IMG/VR virus record: IMGVR_UViG_3300034101_001509
Span: 1-54,299 of that record
Reading direction: 5' to 3' (one strand)
DNA from: a virus
Lineage: Duplodnaviria; Caudoviricetes
Length of the DNA stretch: 54,299 nt
The notes under the pieces were generated by a model. That model made no database searches and was not told the origin of the DNA. It was given only the letters and a program-made list of their open reading frames with translations. Shown here piece by piece: positions 46,664-54,299 of the stretch (the first letter of the stretch is position 1; the number at the start of each line of letters is the position of its first letter). Position numbers and translations under genes: made by a program.

Positions 46664-48414
46664 TAGAGTAGATTTATATTATTTCCTGTAAATGTAGTTA
46701 AATTATTTAAACCAATTTTAAATGTCTTCTTATCAAATTTTACATCAACAATAGCTGTATTTTCTATGATTCCATTTTTAATATAAATTACGCCTTTGTT
46801 TGCTATAAAATAACCAAAGTCTCCAGTTACTTGTGTTTCAGATCCGGTTGTTTCATTTCTAGACCAAAGTTGTAAATTAATTTTACTATTTTTTCCTAGA
46901 ACGGTGGTAGCAAACATTTTCAGTACACCTTTTGTTCCTGAAGGAAATCCACTTACCGAACAATCAAATGGTTCAGTTATATCCACATAAGTGTATAGCG
47001 GAAGACTTAATTCAGTATCTAAATTAAAGGCATAATCTTTTCCTGAAGTGATTTGCTGACGCATATAAAGAGTAAAATTATCTGTTGATATATCTAACTG
47101 ATTATTATATTCGCCTTGAATATATTCAATAAAGTCAGTAGCACTAAATGAAACATTATATTGATTATATTTGGCATAATTTTGAGCAAATTTACTTTTA
47201 ACTCCAGATAAAACTACAGAACGATTTAATCCAGATCCAACATTTAATCTAAAGAAAAAATCAGCATAAACATTCAACGAATTTGAAACAACATATTCTG
47301 GATAAACTGTAATTACACTTTTATCTTTAAGATAATTTAAAAATTCACTTATGCTTGTAGCATTTGGGGAAACATTTGAAGTTATGAACACTCGACCATA
47401 CTTCGGTGGAGTTAAATCTTGTCCACCAAAAACATTAAATTCATTTTCATTTTCAAAAAACCCTGCTTCTATCAACAATGCCTTGTAATCGTTTACTGTG
47501 ACTGCTCTTTCTTGTGAAGCAAACCATTTTGGTGCTAAAAATCTAATTGTATTTAAATCTGGTTTTGACTTTCCACCAGAAGATTGACTAATTGTTAATA
47601 CGCTATAGTTTCCCTGAAAACCAGGCATCGTAAACGAGAGAAGACCATTCGCATCCGCTCCCGATGTTGTTAGATAACGAATTATGATCTTGCTAACATT
47701 TTCTTCTGTTATAGATTTTCCCAATGAATTATTAGAACCAAATGCTATGATAAATCCATTGCTTGTTCGTTCGACAAAATATATTCTTTCATCGGTTTGA
47801 GATACATATCCAACATTATTAATTTTTGTCCAAATGTAATTAGAACCGTCTTCGGTTATTGTTACTTTTAATGTATTTAAATCAAAATTATCAGAAACTA
47901 TTACTATTTTTTGAGAATCAAAATCAAAAGTAGGAAAGGCATCAAAACCTTCTATAAAATTTGTTGCTTCGTAAATATCAAATTCATCAGTGTTACCGTC
48001 TGCGTCAATCGCAACTTCATTTAAATTATAAAATGAATATTGAATTCCATCAGCATTGGCAGTAAAGAATTTAGTCCCAGCAGGTATTGATGATGCGTTA
48101 GATATTCCCGCAACCTTCACTCTTGCTTTTGCGGAAGTAGATGAGGGTACTGTAAAACCCAAAGGTTTACATAAAGATATTAATGATTCTTCTCTTTGTG
48201 CGCTATCTAGAAATGCTTCTGCGTTTATTAAATTAGCATAGTAAGCATAATAAAATGTATTATATGCCATTAAATCTATGATTGTTTGTAAAGCACTTCC
48301 TTCAAAATTATAACCACTAAAAACTGATTGTGATCTCAAATAGTTTGTTAAACTATTTTTAATTTGAGTAAATTCTAAACTTCCAAGTTTTGTTGGATTC
48401 AAATTGGTTGCCAT
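46663..48414 (-). CDS. 6: Baseplate wedge subunit gp6
   Basis: LEFTQIK, YNFEGS, AYNT, EAFLDSA, LG..P.S, AP..F.SQERAVT..DY, PPKYGRVFI. Confidence 0.95.
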   Translation of the reverse strand: MATNLNPTKLGSLEFTQIKNSLTNYLRSQSVFSGYNFEGSALQTIIDLMAYNTFYYAYYANLINAEAFLDSAQREESLISLCKPLGFTVPSSTSAKARVKVAGISNASSIPAGTKFFTANADGIQYSFYNLNEVAIDADGNTDEFDIYEATNFIEGFDAFPTFDFDSQKIVIVSDNFDLNTLKVTITEDGSNYIWTKINNVGYVSQTDERIYFVERTSNGFIIAFGSNNSLGKSITEENVSKIIIRYLTTSGADANGLLSFTMPGFQGNYSVLTISQSSGGKSKPDLNTIRFLAPKWFASQERAVTVNDYKALLIEAGFFENENEFNVFGGQDLTPPKYGRVFITSNVSPNATSISEFLNYLKDKSVITVYPEYVVSNSLNVYADFFFRLNVGSGLNRSVVLSGVKSKFAQNYAKYNQYNVSFSATDFIEYIQGEYNNQLDISTDNFTLYMRQQITSGKDYAFNLDTELSLPLYTYVDITEPFDCSVSGFPSGTKGVLKMFATTVLGKNSKINLQLWSRNETTGSETQVTGDFGYFIANKGVIYIKNGIIENTAIVDVKFDKKTFKIGLNNLTTFTGNNINLL

Positions 48415-48809
48415 TATCTGTTCCTTGAGATTCCTATTTCAATATTGTCATTTATTCCTAGATCTGGAATAAAATAATATATTTTTATATTTAAAGTATA
48501 ATCATCCGTTTTTGATTCAGTAACAACAACATCAATTACATCTACTCGATTTTCATATTTTTTAAGATTTGTAACTATTTTAGTTTGTACATCTAAAATT
48601 AATTCTACTGTTAAATTTTCAAAAATATTTTGAAATAAACTTGGTCCAAAATAATAATCAAACGGTCGCTCTCCTTGATTCGTCAGAATTATATTTTGTA
48701 CAGATTGACGAATGGCAGAGACATCCTTTACTAGATTTAAATCCCCAGTAAAGGAATTTTTACTTATAAAGAAAGGTATATCACTATATTGTTGTTTCTT
48801 TATAATCAT
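48414..48809 (-). CDS. 25: Baseplate wedge subunit gp25
   Basis: YSDI, AIRQSVQNIILT..GERPF...FG, YENRV. Confidence 0.93.
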   Translation of the reverse strand: MIIKKQQYSDIPFFISKNSFTGDLNLVKDVSAIRQSVQNIILTNQGERPFDYYFGPSLFQNIFENLTVELILDVQTKIVTNLKKYENRVDVIDVVVTESKTDDYTLNIKIYYFIPDLGINDNIEIGISRNR

Positions 48810-48815
48810 TTATAT

Positions 48816-48823
48816 TATTTATG
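48816..48823 (-). promoter_or_regulatory. Late promoter variant CATAAATA for the gene 25-6-7-8 operon
   Basis: One mismatch to consensus, 6 nt upstream of the ATG. Confidence 0.55.
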
Positions 48824-48846
48824 TCCTAAAATAAATTATTTTTAAA

Positions 48847-51800
48847 TTATTGACCACCCAATACTCCTATAGGCGTTTGCGATTTATTTGGATCATAATG
48901 TAAACCGTTTCTAGTTAAAGTTAATATAAAGAATGAACTCTTTACTCCGTAAATCATTTGTACAATTTCAGCAACCAACCAACGACCTGAAATTTTCTTG
49001 TATTCATTTGCTGTTTCTTCTGAAACATCATTTGCGTTTATTACTTCTACAATATCACCAATTTTGACATTTTCATTTGGTGGAATTGTAATTTTAATTT
49101 GTTGAGCATTTATTTGATTTGTCTGTGCTAATCTTCGAAGAGGAAGATCTAATGGTGTTTCCCAGAAAGTAGCATATGTACGGTCATATGCTAAATAATC
49201 TTTGAATTTAGATCCTTGTTCTGGACAATTACAACTACATGGAGAAGTCGGATCTATAAAATTACAACCCAAATAGTCTTTTCCTAACACTTCCTCTATT
49301 AGTTTACATTCATTTAGATCATTATATAACTTATAAAGTTCAAGATAAGTTGGTTCGGGTTCTGATGGAATCAAATATTGTGCCGGACAATTACAGTAGG
49401 GTTCAGCAGTACATCCATATCCTGACGGAATGGATCCACTAACTAAAGCATTTGGATTGGCACACTTAAGACCAATACTTTCACATGTTATATTCTTTGA
49501 TCTCGAAACGACTGTAAACTGTAAAGCAAAATTTCGATCAAAGAATTCATATTCCGTATCAACTGGTGGTGTAATTAATCCATACTCAGTTTCTCCGCTC
49601 AAATCATACTTCCAAATGTCTGTACTTACTATAGATGGACGATATAAAACATAATTAGCAGCAAGATAATTCATCAAAGAATCATTAAAATATTGATTCA
49701 TTGAATTATTAAGTGGATTTATGTGAGTAGAATCATCAGAATCGATATAGAATGATACTGACTGATCATTATTATTAAATAATGATTTAGCATTTGGAGT
49801 TAAACTCATCCAGTGCTCAAATTCACTTCCGTACCAATTCTTCCAATAATTTGGAGAAATTGTAAATATTGCTTTTCCTCCAAACATATCTCTTGCTTTT
49901 GTATTTGGAGATTTGAACATATTAGCAAATCTAACAGGAATGAAAAGATTTCTTGGCACAAATAAAGACCACCAAGATCTATGTGGTTTTAGTTTTCTAT
50001 AACTGTTTGGTAAAATATAAGAACCAACTACCGAAGTTCTATACAATGGATCAAATTGTTTTCCAGAACTTACACCGTAGTGATATAAAGATTCCATCCA
50101 ATCTTGAGAGTCATTTTCAAAATAATAACCACCACCATTGTGGAAATCTAAATCATAACCTCCACCATGTAAGTCTTCTTGTGTCGGATCATATGAATAA
50201 TATGGGAACTCGGTTTCAAATCCGGGTTCAGGCCATAGATCCATTCCATTATAATCTGTGCTCAGATAATCTGTTTTAGAAAGAACCGATCCAGTATCGT
50301 GATTCCACCATCTATAATAATTTCCTTTATCAATTCCTTGTAATTTTCTATTTACTGGAATATCATCTTTTATTTTCTTAACGGCAACATCAAATCCATA
50401 AGGATCCATCCCTATGACCGAAACATTATATTTTACACCTTGTCTACCGAAAGGTCCGGGAGTTAATTGTACAAGATATGGTAAGAAATATTCAACACCA
50501 GCATCTCTTATAAATCCATTTGGGAAATCTTGTATTCTGTCGAGTCCTATTGGATTTTTAAATTCAATACGAACATAAGAAGAAATTTCTTCTTTCTTTA
50601 TATTCGGTGGTTTTTTACCATCAGTGTCATAGAAATTAAATGTATTTCTAAAATTTTGTGTATTTACGGCATCTAAATCTGATTGAGCATTGCCATATGA
50701 AGAAATATTAAATTTTCCTACACTGTTTATATCTGCTAAACTATTTAAATTAATATGTAAAGAAGCATCCTCGACATATTCATTTGATCTAAATGAGGGT
50801 CCAGTTTCAGTAAACGGTGTATTGTCTATAAATGACGTAGGATCATCTGTCCCATCAGCATCTTTGAAACTAAACCAACTGTGTGCTTCTCTAGAACTTA
50901 TAAATCCTGTTTCATTATAACCTTGATCATAATATGGGTGTTTCGTACTACCCTGATCATTAGCAAAGAAAATATCATATAACCATTGACCAGTTAAATT
51001 TCCAGTTAAACCAATCTTATTTGCTAAAAGTTCATATCTACTTCCACGAATTTCTTTTCTAGTAATTTTCTTTATGTTTTGTAAAGATAGTGGAGAATTT
51101 ACACCACCAGAATCTCCATTTCTAAAAATATTTTCTCCTGGTGTTTTAGAGAAGAAAAACGCATTTCTATTATACCATTCGGTGTACGATAATGTCCATT
51201 TTTGATTGAATTCTTGAACTACTTTATCTCGTAATTGAATATACAATTCTTTCTCAACTTCGAGGACTTGTATTTCTGCAAGGCAAGTTCTTCTCAAAAC
51301 TTCCAAAGCAGTTGAACTCAAACAAGTAGTATTGTAGCAACCATCGGCGTTTAAACACTCTCTAGTAGTTGAAACTGTATTTCTATTCGTTATTGCTGGA
51401 ATTAAACCACTTTCACTGCCGTAATCAAAAAATGACCAATCTTTTATATCCTCATCCCAAAGATATGGAGCAGCATAAAGATATATTGGAGAATATGTTC
51501 TGGCAGCGAGTTCTGTCGTATATTTAATGAATCCACGAATTATTGGATCGTTAGAACAATCATGAAATGCTTCTGGTAAAACATATTTTATGTCTTCTAA
51601 TGTTGGAAGACTAGAAGGTCCAGTTGGGCCTGTCGGACCTGTTGGTCCCGGTGGTCCCGGTGGTCCGGGTGGTCCCGGTGGTCCGGGTGGACTAATGATT
51701 ACTGTACCACCGGGACCAACACAGGCCTCACAACTAATAACTTGGCTTTGAGGAGAACAAGCTGATGCTGGTACTCTTGTACAAAATTTTGTAACACCAT

Positions 51801-54258
51801 TTGGATGGGTTGTACAACAGAATACACAATTTTGTGAGAATTCGTCACAGAAAAAACCACTACCAGGACCACCACCAGGACTACCACCAGGAGGACCAGG
51901 AGGACCGGGTGGTGAACCTCCACAATCATCAAAACATCCCAACTGAGCGACAGCAGCGTTAACTTCTGCTTGATTAAAGCAACTACTTACTTCCTTCTCT
52001 CCAACACCACATTGTGGTAAGGGTATGCCGGGTATATTTTCAAATACAGTCAGTGAACACGAATAACAAGGATCTCCTGGAGCTCCAGATCCACTAGTGC
52101 AAACAACACAAGAAACAGTATCTTGTGCCACTGCTCTAAATGTTACAGTATCTCCAATAGATCTATTTAAGAATTGATTTGTTTGTGGTTGTGTACCAAA
52201 TACAACTTGACCTATACCTTTACCAGCAGGTATTGTAGTCGAAGGTAACATACCAAATTCACATTGATTAATTGGCCAATCTGTTATCACTTCACCAACA
52301 ATAGCATCTCCGACATATCTAAATCCTTGAGTCAAATCTATTGGTCGTTCACCATTCGATTGTTTATCAATCAAAACGCTATTAAAAATAGCATCAGCGT
52401 TTTGCTTATATGATATAACTCTTGAATTTACAAATAAATTTAAATCAGAAATTCTTTGATTTATTTTGTTTATGACAATATCATAAAGTCTAGTTGCTCT
52501 ATTCAACACAAACTCAGAATAAGCGGTTGGAACTTCTGGTCCTGTTATGTTAAAAAACTGACCTATGCTTTGATTATATGGTTCTTTAGTTAAATCATAC
52601 GAATATGTTAAACCATACTGATTTAAAGTATTTCCGGAATCATAATTTAAAAGATCAGTAAATGAACCAGCGGCAACTATTTTATAGTCTTCTTTATATT
52701 CTGAAAAAATTCCAGTTGGACCAAATAGTGCGTTATATGTAAACCCACCAACTGGACCTGGATTATTAAACAATGCGATATCAGCAGTTGATCCTAATGC
52801 TCCATTTTCGTGACAGCAAACTGTACATCTATATGTTTCCCATTTTCGTTTGATGTTCTTTTTTCTGGCATATTCTTGTCTTTTACTTTTTAAAGGTTTT
52901 CTAATTTGTTTTTCTATTCTTTCAAATGTAGAAAATTCAAGATCTGTCAGATCAAATTGTGGTTGCCATGATTGTTTTGACCAAGGAACACTCGCTGTCT
53001 TTCCATAAACTTCCCATTCTTGTGGAGTTGGTGTATTTAAAAAATTCTTATTATAATATCCATAGATTTGATCATCAACTCTAGCAGATTGTTTTGGTTT
53101 TCCATTAGGAAGAATGGGATTAGTATCAAATGTATCTGGCACTAATTTATAATCATCAATTTGAACAATATCATTGTATCTTTCACTATAGTTGTAAGTA
53201 ATATCCTTTGATTTCATAGACTCTAAAGAATCTGTAAAATCAATATATGGATTATCGTAGTTGGGATCAAATCTTCTATAAAAAGAAAATAATGAACCAC
53301 TATTTAATAAATTTTGAATATTATATTCTCTAAAAACTTTAATTTCAAATATCTGCTTTGGATTTGTTTCATCAAGTGTTACTAAAAATCCATCAACAGG
53401 ATCTTTAGGTTTATCAGTAAAACCATTTCTTAACATTTTACTAATAGATCTAAAGTTCCACCCGTTTCTATCTTCCCACCAAAAATAATCAGAAGAATAT
53501 TTTGAAAAAGTACCATCCCATGCGTAATTTGTTAAATATTTAAATAATTGAGAAAGTTTTACTTGACCCTTTCTCTTCATCCAAGGATATGAAACGTGAT
53601 CATGCTTTAACCAAATTCCAGTCCTGGATTCATCAATTTTATTTACTGGTAAATTAAATTTCTCAAATATTAAATTAACTAGACCTTTTTCTTCAGAATC
53701 AGTATCTGTAGAAAGTTTTCCAATAAAGTCTTGTTCTTCTTGTAAAATTGTTTGATTATAATCTGGAAGAAATAGTTCAGAACTTATTAATTCTAGTTTC
53801 CAAACAGAAATTCTTTCATTAATTGTAGATATTTGACTTTTTGTGCTGTCGTTTGATACTAATCTAGCATCATATATGTGAAAATTATATGTTGTTGGTA
53901 ATATACTTTTACCTAATTTAATTTTAATTTCTACTTTTTCGTTTCCATTAAATTGAAATTCATCAACCCAATTTCTAACATCTAAAACAATCATAGTTCC
54001 AAACATACAACCATCATATAAAGACTCTTTGATTGTTAGTGTTCGAAGAGGAGAATTGGCAGAAACTATTGGAGTCCAAGGAATTAAGTTAAAAGTTATT
54101 TTTTCTCCATTAGAATCTAATTTGCTCAAAATAACAGATTCTAATCCAGTTTCAAATGGAGTATTGAATTGATTAATATTATCAATATCAGAACCAGATT
54201 CTGGAACTGATAAACTAGCATTTATTATTTTATTTAATGTTTTAAATTCGCTGCTCAT
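48847..54258 (-). CDS. Giant baseplate hub protein (gp27-like termini) with a large Cys/Pro/collagen-containing insertion
   Basis: N-part I.ESL....MFG...VLD...NGNEKV.I and YFWWEDRNGWNFRSISKM. C-part IKITIP.N..VKIGD.V...ISGRWLV..I...LTLTR. Confidence 0.6.
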   Translation of the reverse strand: MSSEFKTLNKIINASLSVPESGSDIDNINQFNTPFETGLESVILSKLDSNGEKITFNLIPWTPIVSANSPLRTLTIKESLYDGCMFGTMIVLDVRNWVDEFQFNGNEKVEIKIKLGKSILPTTYNFHIYDARLVSNDSTKSQISTINERISVWKLELISSELFLPDYNQTILQEEQDFIGKLSTDTDSEEKGLVNLIFEKFNLPVNKIDESRTGIWLKHDHVSYPWMKRKGQVKLSQLFKYLTNYAWDGTFSKYSSDYFWWEDRNGWNFRSISKMLRNGFTDKPKDPVDGFLVTLDETNPKQIFEIKVFREYNIQNLLNSGSLFSFYRRFDPNYDNPYIDFTDSLESMKSKDITYNYSERYNDIVQIDDYKLVPDTFDTNPILPNGKPKQSARVDDQIYGYYNKNFLNTPTPQEWEVYGKTASVPWSKQSWQPQFDLTDLEFSTFERIEKQIRKPLKSKRQEYARKKNIKRKWETYRCTVCCHENGALGSTADIALFNNPGPVGGFTYNALFGPTGIFSEYKEDYKIVAAGSFTDLLNYDSGNTLNQYGLTYSYDLTKEPYNQSIGQFFNITGPEVPTAYSEFVLNRATRLYDIVINKINQRISDLNLFVNSRVISYKQNADAIFNSVLIDKQSNGERPIDLTQGFRYVGDAIVGEVITDWPINQCEFGMLPSTTIPAGKGIGQVVFGTQPQTNQFLNRSIGDTVTFRAVAQDTVSCVVCTSGSGAPGDPCYSCSLTVFENIPGIPLPQCGVGEKEVSSCFNQAEVNAAVAQLGCFDDCGGSPPGPPGPPGGSPGGGPGSGFFCDEFSQNCVFCCTTHPNGVTKFCTRVPASACSPQSQVISCEACVGPGGTVIISPPGPPGPPGPPGPPGPTGPTGPTGPSSLPTLEDIKYVLPEAFHDCSNDPIIRGFIKYTTELAARTYSPIYLYAAPYLWDEDIKDWSFFDYGSESGLIPAITNRNTVSTTRECLNADGCYNTTCLSSTALEVLRRTCLAEIQVLEVEKELYIQLRDKVVQEFNQKWTLSYTEWYNRNAFFFSKTPGENIFRNGDSGGVNSPLSLQNIKKITRKEIRGSRYELLANKIGLTGNLTGQWLYDIFFANDQGSTKHPYYDQGYNETGFISSREAHSWFSFKDADGTDDPTSFIDNTPFTETGPSFRSNEYVEDASLHINLNSLADINSVGKFNISSYGNAQSDLDAVNTQNFRNTFNFYDTDGKKPPNIKKEEISSYVRIEFKNPIGLDRIQDFPNGFIRDAGVEYFLPYLVQLTPGPFGRQGVKYNVSVIGMDPYGFDVAVKKIKDDIPVNRKLQGIDKGNYYRWWNHDTGSVLSKTDYLSTDYNGMDLWPEPGFETEFPYYSYDPTQEDLHGGGYDLDFHNGGGYYFENDSQDWMESLYHYGVSSGKQFDPLYRTSVVGSYILPNSYRKLKPHRSWWSLFVPRNLFIPVRFANMFKSPNTKARDMFGGKAIFTISPNYWKNWYGSEFEHWMSLTPNAKSLFNNNDQSVSFYIDSDDSTHINPLNNSMNQYFNDSLMNYLAANYVLYRPSIVSTDIWKYDLSGETEYGLITPPVDTEYEFFDRNFALQFTVVSRSKNITCESIGLKCANPNALVSGSIPSGYGCTAEPYCNCPAQYLIPSEPEPTYLELYKLYNDLNECKLIEEVLGKDYLGCNFIDPTSPCSCNCPEQGSKFKDYLAYDRTYATFWETPLDLPLRRLAQTNQINAQQIKITIPPNENVKIGDIVEVINANDVSEETANEYKKISGRWLVAEIVQMIYGVKSSFFILTLTRNGLHYDPNKSQTPIGVLGGQ
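51617..51690. repeat. 9-bp period repeat encoding collagen-like (GPP)n(GPT)n
   Basis: ggtggtccc/ggtggtccg units; PPGPPGPPGPPGPPGPTGPTGPTGP. Confidence 0.9.
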
Positions 54259-54299
54259 TATATTATTATCTTAAAGACTTTTCCTATTTCATTAGATTC

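Noticed and set aside
327-51932. Many short plus-strand and alternative-frame ORFs in the track (e.g. 5001-5345, 30100-30489, 39215-39592)
   Set aside because: They are shadows fully overlapping well-supported minus-strand genes, have no recognisable motifs, and several are just translations of repeats.
1-54299. Stop-codon reassignment, tRNA or rRNA genes
   Set aside because: The standard code gives intact, tightly packed genes, and the intergenic gaps are short with no cloverleaf seen.

Overview
AT-rich segment of a T4-like myovirus genome with the cyanophage-like T4 core gene order. Every credible gene is on the minus strand. In transcription order (high to low coordinates): a giant gp27-like baseplate hub; gp25, gp6, gp7, gp8; a DUF4815-like protein; six large accessory virion/fibre proteins (collagen-like, Cys-rich GACC repeats, Lcl/DUF1566-like C-termini); gp13-gp20; a gp67-like protein; gp21; an orphan; gp22, gp23, gp3; uvsY, uvsW, an Sm-like protein; gp55, gp47, an inserted SET-domain methyltransferase, gp46; two small genes; gp45, gp44, gp62, regA; then a cluster of glycosyltransferases and a SAM methyltransferase behind a late promoter, running off the window. 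Leading hypothesis (inference): a phage-encoded virion glycosylation system. It combines the late GT cluster with a dense G-x-T/S/C motif and Pro/Thr tracts seen in the virion proteins. Other notable items are hairpin plus late-promoter switches at regA and gene 13, a SET gene translationally coupled inside the gp47-gp46 pair, an antisense sigma70 promoter carrying a palindrome, and a hub protein with a very large insertion. All family assignments come from motifs recognised by eye and from synteny; no searches were run.
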